DNA of 64,000 bases, from contig OZ199838.1 of the NCBI GenBank assembly GCA_964304625.1, forward strand, positions 8,791,904-8,855,903. Reading direction: 5' to 3'. The position numbers and the translations under genes are program-made. The stretch comes from Kudoa neothunni (taxonomy: Eukaryota; Animalia; Cnidaria). The notes under the pieces were generated by a model, which saw nothing but the letters and a program-made list of their open reading frames with translations, was not told the DNA's origin and searched no databases. This document shows, one piece after another, positions 1 through 13,511 of the stretch (its first letter is position 1; the number at the start of each line of letters is the position of its first letter).

Positions 1-400
1 CAAATGCTCAAATGTGGAAGTTTCTACTGTCGCGCCCATTCGTCAAATAAATGTCTAAATTGCTAGCTAATATAAACCAAATTTATTAGGGACCCTTGAA
101 AATATTTTATCTTTTATTTTTTACTAAAATGTTATTTTTCATTATTTCAAATAAGACTAAACATATTATACGTTATAAAAACGATTTATCGCGATATCTG
201 CTTAATCTTGCCGAAGAGGATTACTGAAGATTAATTATGAAGTAATTGATTATTTTCTCAGCGTTACTTAGGCAGAATTTTCCCATATTTCCCTCATAAG
301 TTTATAATAATTTTCTGCATACATTAAATTAAAAAAAATCTGGGGTCTTTTTTACCCCAAAGCCCGTTGGAGGGTGGTCGTTTTTTCATCCGTTGGAGGG
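1..400 (+). mobile_element. 3' end of a piggyBac element, truncated by the window start
   Basis: Nt 1-66 translate to a Cys/His-rich tail (KCGSFYCRAHSSNKCLNC*) like the piggyBac C-terminal CRD. Subterminal GGGGTC-T6-ACCCC at 342-358. Terminus CGTTGGAGGG followed by TTAA at 401-404. Confidence 0.75.
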
Positions 401-744
401 TTAATTTCCCGTTTAAGCAACAAATCTTTGTTTGCACCGAAACCCCGCCTACGCACAAACAAATGTTGTAACTCGTCTTAAGTACGTTCAAAAGTAGAAA
501 AGAGTAAACTTTCAGAGTTTTAGTTGTATATAAATACAGAAAATTAGAGTTATCTACGACTATCATTGAACATTATAGAGAATCATGTGCAGTGGTAATC
601 TCATTGTTTGTCATCAGCGCTAATCTGTTTGAAAAAAGTTTACACTACAAATTAACCGCTTTATTAGAAAGTAGACAATCCCGTCGTATTTTTGTAGTTA
701 ATTTTGTATTTTTTTAAAGTATACTACGAAAATCAAATAGTCTA

Positions 745-1062
745 AAAAGTCTCTGTATAAGGAGAAGATTTGTGCGTACACACACGGACTTTACTACTTT
801 ATATAGTAGGATAGATATTAATAAAACCAAAAATAGAAAAATTTATATTCTGAAAATTATATTATTCGATCAATAGTTTCCGATCGTTAATTAGGTAAAT
901 AGATTAACCACTAATTTAAGGTATATTAAAATTATTTTATTCTTTGAATTCTAAATACATTTTTATAAGTATCGCCAGCTGGAAAAAAGTTTATAAAAGT
1001 CTCGGTATAAGAATATAATTTGCACACACACGGACACTACTACTTTATATATTAGGATAGAT
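745..1062 (-). mobile_element. Two tandem Helitron-like 5' termini (~70-bp direct repeat)
   Basis: 745-816 and 995-1062 are similar. On the minus strand each reads A|TCTATCCTA(C/A)TATATAAAGTAGT..GTCCGTGTGTG, i.e. a TC start after A followed by a GT-rich tract, as in non-autonomous animal Helitrons. Confidence 0.55.
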
Positions 1063-1471
1063 TTTAAAAATTATAAACATCTTAAATAAGTTTTTAAGCG
1101 TATGTTAATATTATTTTTATAAAGTGAAGAACAAAAATTGTTTTATTGCGTTTAAATATATTAAGTAAATTTTTACTTATACAATTCTGTTAGTTCATGT
1201 GTTAGTCTCCGAAAATTTATTAACTTGTGCGACTTATTCAATTTAAATTCTATATAAATACTATAAGGAAAGTTTTTAAAATAAATCGAATGAAATTGAT
1301 ATGAATATCCGAATATTACGATTAGTTGACAACGTTTCGTAATCATATTTAAGCAAATTATGAAATGAACAAACAAATTCTAGTTCTAATTGTTTTATAA
1401 CATTATTGTTTGCATAAATTTTATTATTAGGTTTTCAGTACTCATATGATAATCCAAGTATGGGTTTACGG

Positions 1472-2078
1472 CAGAGGTCAGCAACGACCGGCTCGCGAGG
1501 GGTGTCAATGATGAAGTTAAATTTTTGGGACGGTACTTGTATAATTTCCCCAATTTTTAATGTCGATCTCTTCAGAATATAAATAAGCTTAATTGCAATG
1601 TGAACTAAGTTAATTAAGTACTATCCTCTTTTTCTAAATATAAAAGTAATTAAAAAAATAAACATCAAAATTTTTCCCCAAACGAATTCCTTACTTACGT
1701 TTACTGATTGTATGACGTTAGTTTTATTGTAATTAATGGAAACGTTTAATCATTGTTCTTCACGATTTCGAACCATAATTTAAATATATAAATGTTTAAA
1801 TTCAGCATCAATAACATCAGGGAAACTTTGAAATAAAAAATTGTATAAAACCAGTAATTTCTTCATAAAAAATGTCGAACTTTCACGTTCGTTGCATTTC
1901 TTTTTCTCGTTAAAATAAAAATGTATCATTTTAAACTTCAAAATATAAATTTACTAATCCAATTTTCCATTGTACTGTGAAAAATCCATTACATCCAAAG
2001 GATTTAAATATATTCTGACCTTTCGTCTAGTTTGGCATGACCATCCGGCCTCAAACCAAATAGGGTTGCCGAGCTCTG
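1472..2078. mobile_element. Non-autonomous hAT element (MITE), 607 bp
   Basis: TIRs CAGAGGTCAGCAAC / GTTGCCGAGCTCTG (12/14 match). 8-bp TSD GTTTACGG (1464-1471) / GTTTACGA (2079-2086). Confidence 0.85.
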
Positions 2079-3220
2079 GTTTACGATAAATTTCTTTTCA
2101 TTATTTAATAGTCATTTCAAATTTTTAGAACTTTAAAACGTTGAATTAAGGAATTCTTAATGTCTAAAGATGCAAAAAACGTCAAGTTTCAATGCACGTT
2201 GCTACAGAAGTTGGATATCTGGCGACGATACCGTCCGGATCAAAATTTGGTCAAAAATTAGAAATTAGTTTCATGAGCTGAATATTTGTCCTCGGTATTC
2301 TTTTTTGTTGATAAATATATTCGTGAAAAATTTTTTTGGGAAAACATGTGAAAATGGGAGATTTTCTGGAGTTAAAGGTTTTATAATTGCCTTTTTCACT
2401 TGGATTATTATTTTTGCATTATATAAAAAATAAACTTTGGATGTAAAGATGAGCCTTGATTTTAGCAGAGAGAGGAGGATGCGAAATAAACGTGAGGATG
2501 CAACATACGTAGGGATGTATTGGGCTAGAAGTTAACATGTGTTAGCGCGTGATCTCAAATCGTTCATAGAATCAACCAAAAAAGTACGCCGCAATAAACT
2601 AGGGGGGTTTCATTATGCGAACAAAAAAATGTGTAATAATTTTAGAAGACGGATAAATTATAATTTTGAATGTTTTCTAATTAAAATGTGATTATTTTAA
2701 TAAATTAGATTTATAAGGAGTAATTAAAATTGGAAATATCATGATAATACTGCAAAATTTGAACATAATTGTAATAGAGAGTAAATCACTATTTAAGTCA
2801 AAATGGAAATTGTAGCACTTAACGCTTTCAAATAACAATTCCCTATAAATGCTGGAATAAAAGACTATTCAAAATTATTAACCTTATAATATTCATCAGA
2901 AAATTTAATGGTTTAAATAGTTGTTATTTATAACAAATTGGATAAGTACTCCCTCTATGAAACCTTCTATTGGATAATTCACAGGTTTCATCGTTGTTTC
3001 GTTGAGTATTTTATAGATTTATACATTTATAATGTTCAAACAAAGTAGAAGAGTCAGAAAGAGAAGAAAAATTAAAGTCACAAATAATAAGGAAGTAATA
3101 ATTCAAGTAAAAAATTATTGGCTCTGCGCTTTTTAAGCCTAGAGGAAATAAATATCAAATAATGGTATAAAAATTGAAACTACCGAATATTTGTAGATTA
3201 GATTCGGTTGATTTAATACG

Positions 3221-6013
3221 TCAAAGAATGAAGTCACTGAGGATGACAAGAATATACGCAAGAATTGATGAACCAAATGATGCACAACCAACAAAAAAAC
3301 CGTATCCAAAAAGAACAGTGGCGCCTTCTGGAAGCTTTTTAAAATCTTGAATAGCGTAGTTGGCAAAAACGAAAAGAGCGATAGCAGTTGTAACACCTTC
3401 GAATAAAATATTTTAAAATTAAATTTTGGATACTTTTTTAGATACATTGTATGATGAGGATGTGTGAGATGGGCTTGGGTACTTTAAATATAAGTTTTAA
3501 GGCAATATACGGTAGATAAACCAAAACCAAACAGACTGAAATAAAAAGACAAATTCTGGTTAGGATAATTTTGAATGAACCCTCTGTAATTAGAGGATTA
3601 TAGGAGAATATCAAATAAATATTTTTATACTTGTTGGTTTTTTAATTTTGGCAACAGTGATTATTCCAACTCTTCCAGCTATATTATAAATAGAAATATA
3701 TAATATAGAACAAAATTTCTGCATTATTAAAAATTAGAGTCAAATGAAATACAAATTCAAATTTAGCGTTGATTAATACAATCAGCTAGATATTGAAAAT
3801 AAGCCTCAAGTGTCTATTTTATTGCGGTTATAGGCTCTATGAAATGTGCTTAATATATTCTATCTTTTGAGGTAGTAAAATAATTGTATTAAAGCTGTAT
3901 TATAAAACTATAATCAAATATATCTAACCATCATTGGTATTAATGAAGTTTAAAATTTTAAAAATATATTTTGTTGAAACCAACAATGATAAGCGGGATT
4001 AAGAAATGTACTCATCAAATTAACCAAATACTGTTAATTTAGTATAGGAACTAAATTAAATTTCTTAGAATTTAGCCAACCCCAAAAGAGAATTAACTTT
4101 TAGATATTCATGAGTGCCGTTTAATTAAATATACAAAAGCAACAAATTAAATCTTAATAAAAATCAGCTAAGAATAAAATTATAATAAAGGAAGTAATAA
4201 ATCTTCATATTTTATACACTCTATTATTTTATTCTATCAGACTTCATAATGTTAACTTTAATTTAATGTTGAGGTACCTCATTGTCTTTAGTGTGCATTC
4301 ATCAGGTTTTGAAAGAGATATGATAAGATCTTATTTTAGCATATGCTTTTAGAATTTTGAAATTATAGTTGGGTTAAATTAGTTAAAATTTATATTCTCA
4401 CAAGGATTGACTAATATCTCATTATTATTATAAACCTCTCGGATAAAGGAAACGGATAGATTAAAACCATTCAATTTTCTTTTAAACTTTACGAAATAAA
4501 TATTATGTTATTGAATAATATGAGATATCATTGATAGCATCATGTAAACTTATGATCAAAATCTCAAGGAACATTTTTTAAACTATAACGTTCAATGTTT
4601 ATTTCGAGACTATGAAACATTCTCTTAATGTTACTCTTAATATCACTAACAAATGAAATGAATACAAATAACATTAATTTTGATATAATTAAAGTATTCA
4701 AAGATAAATTTATCTTTACCAAAAAATGTTTGATTTAAAAAAAGTGTTAATTACGGCTACATTGAATTCAGTAATAATATACTGTATTTGTTAACAACTG
4801 CAAAGATAATAAATTTTAGACACAAAAAAGGGGTTATTAGAATAAATAATTTTACCGGATAAAATATTTTAAATATAAAAATATACCTGGGTAAATATAA
4901 GATGCCGATGTTAGCTCTAAAAATTTTCAATGCATCATTGGAAGCACAAAGTAAGTGAAGTACCTGTTTTTGAGCTGACCATATTTGAGAGAACTTTTTT
5001 AAAATTGTTGAACTCATTTTTGATTTCTTTAGGATTCTTCAATATTTCAATACCTTTGGTCTTGATATCCTCAATGATCTTACTTGCAGCAGGAGGTGGT
5101 TGATCAACTAAATTTATCATTTAAATGGTTAAAAACGTCATGCAAGTATTTATAGAAACATATAATATGACGGAGAAATTATTATATTTCATAACGATAT
5201 TTAATAGTAGCTAAAATATAAAAACTTTATTTAACAATGAAACCATTCTATTTATTTGATCTCTAATGTGATTAGAATAAAACACAATACTTATGACCAT
5301 CAGTGTGTTTTTTGATTGTTAATCTATAATAATACCATCCATATAAGAAAGAATATTTTGCATGTGTTTTTCTATGAATAATACAAAATCGCTTTTCTCT
5401 AAAAGCCAAAAATGATCAAATAATTATGTATATTTAATACGTTGTGCAGTGGCCTCAGCGTTGAAAGCATCGAGAACTATTGAAAACGTTTACATAACTA
5501 ATTACGTAATATTTGTAGTTGGTTTACTTTTTTGATCCAGCCCAACTAATAAAATACATTAAACTGCTACAAAATCAAAGAGTTACCTGTATTTATCATA
5601 TTTGTGACATCTTCCTGATATCGTACGGGGTCTTAATTTAATGAATGGTAAATAAACATACGTTGTGGTTACAGTGATAATAAAATACCTGAATTGGATT
5701 TAATGGAGGTAGTAAATGAAGCTAATAATATTAAATTTGTTCTGTAATCACAATAGCATCAAAAACCTACCGTCTTTCATATACACTACATCAACATCAC
5801 AGTGATCTTCATCCACCGTGTATACACATCCCATAAACAAACCAGAGTTATACGTCCCAAATTTGGATTTGTAAACAATGAGATCATTTGAAAACCCGGA
5901 GAAAATCAGGGTCAAAAATGTTATGCAAGTTAAAACAAAAGCCGTAACCAAGGTTAAACATCGCAAAACCTTGATGAAGTAAAATGAAATTTTAACATCT
6001 TAAAAATTACCAT
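3221..6013 (-). CDS. Claudin/PMP22/EMP-superfamily tetraspan membrane protein with an enlarged first extracellular loop (multi-exon)
   Basis: Predicted GT-AG exons: ATG 6013-6011; 5969-5771 (TM1 + GLFMGC-x7-C); small exons 5721-5689, 5631-5587, 5545-5528, 5476-5441, 5398-5336; unresolved middle, probably including the ORF near 5120-4964; 3678-3631; 3583-3446 (TM2 ICLFISVCLVLVYLPYIALKLIF); 3396-3221 (TM3 end, FGYGFFVGCASF, TM4, stop). The GL(W/F)xxC..C and (F/Y)G(Y/W)xF motifs are typical of the family. Confidence 0.7.
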
Positions 6014-6925
6014 TTCTCGTAATGACTACTGTATATTAACTAATTGTTAATAAGATTCCCTAAATCTTAAATAGAACATTGAATTAATACAATTGATACC
6101 TTAAACCGATTAAATGATCCTTGTATGTATTCTTTTATTTTTTAAGTTCATTTATTCTAGTTTTTCGTAAGGGGAAACCACGTTATAATTTGTGCATGTA
6201 GCTGGGATGAAAACAAAACAAATAAATATATATATTGGATGTTAGCTCGTTTTATTTGAGGGATTAAACATAGGTCTTTATTGATAAATAACATCGTAAA
6301 TGTTTGATCTCACCTAAAATATTATTATCAACTTGGGTACTATACGGTTGATACGGTTATTACGTATTTTCATATACAAAGTCACACCCTTGATTTTAAC
6401 TTGGTTAAAAATTGTAAGTAGCTATGTATACAAAGTTAAAAAATGTATACGTCGAAGCAATATTCTTAATTTTTTTAACGCCATAGTGAAAAACCGGAAT
6501 TCACTCACGTTTTAGTCATGAGTAAAAATTAAGGTGGGCTATTTTACGAACAATCAACACTTTTGTAAAGTCTAAAACATGTTCTTTTGTTGAAATTATT
6601 AAAAACAGAATCACTGACTTGAAGAAGTTAAAATCAACTCATTATAGAAGCTTCCTCTTTTATAAAGAATTTTCTAACACTATATTAGTGATACTCTGAT
6701 TAATGAGCAATGAGTTAATGAGTTGCGAAAATTATTTTTTGGTCTCGCTCATTTGTTCCGAGGTGGGTTCCATCAAATATAATTACCATAAAAGCTATGC
6801 CCTAACCAATTATTATATCGATTCTGTCCACCAAGAGGATAATAATGTATTAACTCTATGAAGATTATTTGATAGGTGACTTTAAAAATGTTGTTATTAA
6901 TCCCATCATAACAATTGTTTTGGAT

Positions 6926-7570
6926 TAGGGGTTAAGATCGGTTCGGTTATCACTGTCGGTTTCGGTTCGGGTTTTAAAATTTATTTTGTAATTAATATAA
7001 ATTAGCTTTTATTATTAATTGTTACAGTCTTAAATATGTAAACGCTTTTTTGAAATAATAAAAGGAAAACAAATATTTTTGAATGATTTATTTTAACAAT
7101 GAACAAATTTTGTATTTAACAATACAGGAATTGTATCTAGTATTTAAAGCTATTTTGTTAGGCTTTCTAATAAAAGAGCAACATGTAATAAACGTGACTT
7201 AGTATTCACCAATACAATTAAGGATTTCTCACGTATTGACGGAACCATTTCAGAAATTTTAAAAACGAAATTTATCAAACGTTGCTTTGAATTTCGCACT
7301 ATTTGGTCCGATATATTTATGTTTCTAAGCTTTGATTCAAACATTTGTATAAAGACTATTTTCTACAAAAGACTGTAAATTTGGAGCTAGAGGAAATATT
7401 TAATTTCATTGAATTGAATGATCAAATCCAAAACTATGAACCTTCCGAATCTGAGATAAATTTAGACAATTTGATAAATTACGTATCCAGACCAAGCGGA
7501 ACAAAATATTTTTCGCATTTAGCGAAATTACAAATGTTATTAATCACGGTGTGGTGTCGGATCATTTAAA
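6926..7570 (+). mobile_element. Decayed hAT fragment
   Basis: TAGGG start with clustered TCGGTT subterminal motifs (6937-6975). ORF 7345-7569 (KYFSHLAKLQMLL) resembles the region just before the hAT dimerisation domain. Confidence 0.4.
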
Positions 7571-7584
7571 AAAGGTTAATAAAA

Positions 7585-10500
7585 TGCAGTGGCTATTACC
7601 ACGGATCTGTGTAATCCCCACCTTCGGCACATGCTATTAACACGGGAATCAATTTCTCTGCAATTGTTATCTCTATTAAATAACTAATTTCACATTACTA
7701 TTATTTATATTTTTCTCTACTAAATTATGAAAAATAAAGAAATTTGAGATGGTTGTAAATTTATGTAAAATAGACGGTCAGAAACAAATGTTAGCGAATT
7801 TAATAGACTAAAACAATATTAACCTTGAATTAATTATAAATATTAATCATTTCTAAATTATTGCTTTGAGCCATGCAGTGTAAACATAACTCCACGTGTT
7901 TCACGAGTTTGGTTGAACTACAATGAGTGATTCGAATTCAGACAGTTTTCATGTTGGAATGAAATTTGAAACTTTTTGAAGTTTAAAATCTTATATTCAA
8001 GAGTATGAGATAAGTCATTCTGTGAATTTAAAGATTCGAGATTCAAGAAGAATTGTCTCAGTGCAAAGCCGGGTTAATCGATATATTAAAAACACGCTAG
8101 TGTATTACGAAATAACTTACGTATGCTACTTTGGAGCCCATTACCGAAATAGAGGTAAAGGCGAACGCAAGAAAAATTCCCTTAAGAGAGATTGCCCATT
8201 TAAAGTTACATTAAGAGTAAGTGTAGATGGAAATTTCCTGGATATTAGATCTTCTAACACTGCCCATAACCATCCAAATGATCCATGGATCTATGAAAAC
8301 TTACCCAGTCCGAGGAAATTAAACCGATGTGACGGCTATTTGTCAGAGCTTCTTTCTCTCGGAGCAAACAAAAAGCTCATACAAGCCAAGATAAATGACG
8401 AGACAGGCAAGAATATACCTTTGAAAGCTATCTACAACATTAAAAAATCCTCTAAAGTTGGAACTGATAACGTTACTTTAATTTTAGAAATTTTAAAGAA
8501 TCAATACAATTGCATGGTGAGCGTTTTATCAGATGATAATAAAAATGTTTGTGGAATTTTTTTTATGGATAAACAGATGCTCAACACAATTAATTTCTTT
8601 CCAGAGTTACTCATGCTTGATGCAACCTATAAACTGCTAGACTCACGGTAATCTTAGGAGGTTTTCTCTATTTCGTTGTTTTATTAGTTCATTAGTGCGC
8701 CATTATATCTGTCTGTTGCAGAAGACTCGGTTGGTGAAACCCACATAACTAGCGGCTGCATCTTGTACGATGAAACGGCGGAGTCAATTAAATGGTATAT
8801 TTCTCAACTAATAAAAATGATTCCGAACATGATTCAAAATGTCCGAACGATCATTACTGACAATCACCACACTCTAAGGAAGTGTTTGAAAGAATTATTT
8901 CCTAACTCCAATCTAATGATCTGTATATTTCATGTTTCTCAAAGTTTCAGACGTGAAATAACTATGTCGAAATACGGTATCACTCGAGAGAAAAGGGACC
9001 GATTGCTTGAAACTCTTAATAAAATTATCTATTCGAAAAATAAACATGAATTCGATAAACTATGCAATAATTATTTTCAATAAAGCAATGATAAATTTAT
9101 TAACTATTTTAAATCCAATCGCTGATGAATGGGTCATAGGATTAAGTGAAACACATCATTTCTATGAAAACTTGACCAATAATAGATTAGAAGCCATTAA
9201 TGGTCAATTAAAACAAACAATAAAGAAATTTTCAAATCTTAATGATTTTTTCCGTTATTTCTTTGACGCTCTCAAATCAATGAGAATAGAAAGGAAATAC
9301 AATATAACCAAAATATTACTGAACCCAGTTAATTTTGATACCTCAAATGAGGTTCTAAACGCGTATTTTAATCATTTAAATCCATTTGCCTTCAATATAA
9401 TCCATAAACAAATTCAAAATTTTGACGAAAACACTAATACAGATAGTTTAACTACATCCATAAAATGTAATTGTTATATTTACAGATCGTATCTCCTTCC
9501 ATGTAGTCATATTTTTAAAAAGAGAGCGTTTAACCTGCTTCCAATGTTCGATTCAAATTTATGCCACCCTAGGTGGTCAAAAGATTACATGAGCCGATTC
9601 TTGGAAATGGAAACTATAAATATAACACCAAAAGAGAGTATTACAATAAAACCAAAAGGAATTTTTAATTCTTATGGAAAACGTTTAAAAAATTCTGTGA
9701 TTTACACAAATAAGCTAGCAGCTTTGTCCGCTGAATATTGTGGGGAGTTTTATGATAGTTGCCTATCATTATTCAACACAATAGAAAAAACAATCAAGAA
9801 CCACAACATCAAATTAATAAAACAAATAAATCAATTAGATATTTTAAGAAAACTTAATTTTTCTTGATCTTATTTTTAGGAAATCGCACCATTGAATACT
9901 CCGAGGTTATAGCCGAAGATGAAGATATTTCTGAAGGAAGAGGTATATGACGCTTAACTTAACTACTTTACTCGTATCTAGCTTACAAAAAATAGATGTT
10001 ATTGGGAATATTTTTAATTCTCAAATAATTGTTGAGGGTGCTGGTAATAATATTGTTCCGCAAGGTGAGGAGATTATCGAGAATATTATTGTTAATAATA
10101 TTTCAAATGAAAATGCTCCCGAGCTCCAAACCGTTTTGTCTGAAGATCAATTAGTACCTACTTTAAATATGATCGAACTTGATGTTACTTCCATTTCCTC
10201 TCTTTTTTTAAATTATTTTAGCCTTAAAAAATTTCCTCTCGAGTGAAGTCTGTTGGGAGACCAAAGGGATACGCTTTAACCATTATTGGATACAAAAAGA
10301 AAACTAAATTTTCTTAGATCTCTCACTATTTATTTGACTAGGATAGCCATTGTTCATCGTGTTATATTCATCTAATTTCTGAAAAATGACCTAATTATGA
10401 TTAGTTTTCTCAAATTTCTTGTCTATATTGAAATCTAAAGCGGAAAATTCACATCATTTCTGTGAAATATAATGAGCATATCTTATCTTGAAGTTCATAA

Positions 10501-10903
10501 TTTATGAATAGAATACAATAAATCACATAATTTAAACATTGTAAATATTGGAAATAAATTAAATAACACGAGGTTGAACGTATCATGTGGAAGCGCGCGC
10601 TTCAAGAGTAATGTCAGACCTACAAAATCACACCAAATTCTTTAACTTTAACCTTATTATTGACACAAAATGATATAATACAATTTTGATCATGTATTAA
10701 ATTAAGATTAATAAATCTTTCATTTAATTATGGAAAGCGATCAATGAAATGAACAATATAAATATGTAAAAAAAGATATTATCAATTGTTACCTAATTCT
10801 ATAATTTAGTAGAGAAAAATATAAATAATAGTAATGTTAAATTAGTTATTTAATAGAGATAACAATTTCAGAGAAATTGATTCCCGTGGTAATAGCCACT
10901 ACC
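7585..10903 (+). mobile_element. MULE (Mutator-like) element with TIRs and 9-bp TSD
   Basis: ~100-bp TIRs (7633-7728 vs 10801-10896; termini TGCAGTGGCTATTACCACGG / CCGTGGTAATAGCCACTACC). Perfect TSD TTAATAAAA at 7576-7584 and 10904-10912. Confidence 0.92.
7923..10300 (+). pseudogene. MULE transposase (FAR1/WRKY-like N-terminus, DDE core, SWIM zinc finger), frameshifted
   Basis: Motifs CPFKV..HNH, LMLDATY, IITD, CIFHV, TNNRLEAING, CNC-x7-LPCSH, and GRPKG near 10256. A 48-nt GT-AG intron (8648-8695) joins ORFs 8022 and 8763 in frame. Frameshifts near 7975 and 9080. Confidence 0.88.
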
Positions 10904-11227
10904 TTAATAAAACTCTTTCTAACGTTAGACCTACGAGTATTGATTCAGACAGATGTTTTACCTTACACAACCGTGCTATTTCCTCATTTATAGCAAAATT
11001 GAGTGACTCGAAACTTGAAACCATTGTGTTCATTTATGAAAATAGGAATAATTAAATTAAAATTTGAGACGTGAAATCTTTTATTATGTGTTTGAAACCA
11101 TTTTATCGTAAAAGATTTCTAATCGTTTTAAAATGCAGTAAAAAATAATTTTAAAAAATTAAAGATAAAATCAAATTTAATTCAATTGAAAAAGAGTTCA
11201 AAATTTTGTTTTAGAGAGCATATTTAA

Positions 11228-13384
11228 CCCTCTAATGGATTTGGGGTAAAATAATACCCCAATAGGATATTGTCACTTTAATTTCTCCCTATTTCTAAAT
11301 TTGATAATTGTATAATTCCATCTATTCCTCAAATATATCATGTTGAATGGCCAACAAATTTTTTTTTAGAAATATATAATAAAATAGCGGAGTTATAGAA
11401 TTTCTATCCTCCGATGGATTTTGGGGTAAAAAAATATCCCAAATTTTCCTCTGTCAGAATTAAAAATAAAAATGTTCTGGAGTATTTTTACCAAGTTGAG
11501 AATTTACTGAAGGGTAAATTATAAAATATAACGTTCTTAATTCTTACCAAATACGTCATTAAGTTCATTAGACTCGTGCACATCGCCCCCCCCCCTTCAA
11601 AAATGGATTATTTGGATAGCAGCTGCAGTGATATTACAGATATTTCTAATAGTGAATATGACGATAATTTCACAGAATCCGAAGAAGGATCAGATATTTT
11701 GGAGTGTGAACCGTTTGATCAATCCACAGTGAGTAAAAAAGGAATCATATGGAGTTATCAAAAACCACCAACATCCAAAGCATCAAAATGTAATATTATG
11801 CAGCCGGCACCTGGTCTTACGGCCTATTGCACATCTAGAGTCAAAACCCAACTCGATTGTTTTTTTTATATGTTTTACGGAAGAAATCATTTCGACGATA
11901 ATAAAATATACTAATCAGTTTGGTGCGTCGAAATTTGAAAATTGGCGTGACGTTGACGAGATTGAATTTAAAGGTTTTTTGGGGATTTTAATTCTTATGG
12001 TCATTCATAAAGATCGCGGTAAACCTGTTGGTGAACTTTTTAGTACCCTCAGAGGGCAAGTGTGTTTATAGGCAATTGTTCAGTTACCAAAGATTTCGTC
12101 AGATATCTAGGGCGATTCATTTTGACGACTATAATACTCGAGAGGAAATTAAAATGGAGGAAAAATTTTGTGCGATTCGTGATATTTTTAGTACATGGAC
12201 AGACATTTTACTAAAATGCTTTGTACCATTCGAAGATGTCACCATCGATGAACAGTTAGTACCATTTAAGGGAAGATGCCCATTCCGGCAGTACATGCCG
12301 TTAAAGCCTGCTAAATACGATATAAAATTTTTTTTAGCTGTGGATCCCGTCGGATGCTATGTGTACGGCGTTGATGTGTATCTTGGTAAAAATGGACCTC
12401 GAAAAAAATATGACTCTGTTGGGTACTATTCGACTTAACAGGCCAGAAATTCCACCTTGTGCTATGCCATCAAAAACTAAACATGTTTATAGCAGTCAAT
12501 TTTTGTTCCACGAGAAACATATGATAACGTCATATGTAAGCAAAATAAACAAAGCGGTAATATTGTTGTCTTCAGGATCAACGAACGATAGAATTAATGA
12601 TGATTCTAAACGTAAACCAGAAGTTATTATTCATTATAATTCAACAAAAGGCGGTGTTGATACTGTGGACCGTATGTTGTCATCCGTTTCTGTTAGACGA
12701 CATAACAGAAGATCGCCTATGGTGGTATTTTCTAATATAGTCGATTTATCATTGGTAAATGCAATGTCTGTATACAACAAAATATTTGATGGAAATATTA
12801 TTCAAAGAAAATTTTTGAAAATACTGGCTAAATTGTTATTTGATCCATTTATGGAAAGAAATGTAGCAAATAACAAAGTTATCAAAAGGCCTTCGTTCTG
12901 CACTGCACAACAACCCAATACACCGAACTCCCAAAGTAAATTGCCAAGGTGCGAATTTTGCCCCAGGAAATTAGATAAAAAACAAACAATGTTTGTTTCA
13001 AATGTAGTAGATACTGTTGCAAAAACCATGTATTAAACGTTTGCAATTATTGTTGTCGTTAATTCTTCTCATTTTATAATGCTTATAAATTGATTTAACA
13101 ATTAATTATAATTTCATTTTTACTAACAAAGATTTTTGCTATGATGTACAATAAAAAACTATCCATTATGTTTAAATTAGAGCAGCGATTTTTAACGGAG
13201 TTAGTTATCGTAGGATTATAGGGATTATTTATTTATTTTCAACTGATTCTGACCCTATACTTGTTCCATTTTGCATGATTTCAAAAAATTATATTTTTTT
13301 CTTGTATATGGAATGAAAAAACTTGGGGTATTTTTTTACCCCAAAATCCATCGGAGTTAAGTCGATTTTAAGTACATTAGAGGG
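11228..13384 (+). mobile_element. piggyBac element, full length, TTAA TSDs
   Basis: TTAA at 11224-11227 and 13385-13388. TIR CCCTCTAATG / CATTAGAGGG. Internal inverted GGGGTA..TACCCC motifs at both ends. Confidence 0.93.
11603..13060 (+). pseudogene. piggyBac transposase (PGBD4-like), frameshifted and internally deleted
   Basis: TIDEQLVPFKGRC..QYMPLKPAKY, GTIRLNR, YNSTKGGVDTVD and a C-terminal RCEFC are split over several frames. The second catalytic D region appears to be missing. Confidence 0.88.
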
Positions 13385-13509
13385 TTAAAAATATAAATAT
13401 TAATTTCGCACATAATAAAATTTGTGTTATTATTCAATTTTTACAGGTTCTCAATAAAAACCCAAGATTTTAAAGAAAAATGAAAAAAAACCAAGCAGTG
13501 GACGCCCTG
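13385..13509 (-). repeat. Terminal arm of the hAT MITE family seen at 27455-28013
   Basis: Near-identical reverse complement of 27455-27607 (CAGGGCGTCCACTGCTTGG...), apart from one short indel. Confidence 0.8.
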
Positions 13510-13511
13510 AT

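Noticed and set aside
3139-3447. 102-aa ORF from the ORF track
   Set aside because: Wrong frame. The shifted frame gives the coherent TM3-TM4 exon of the tetraspan gene.
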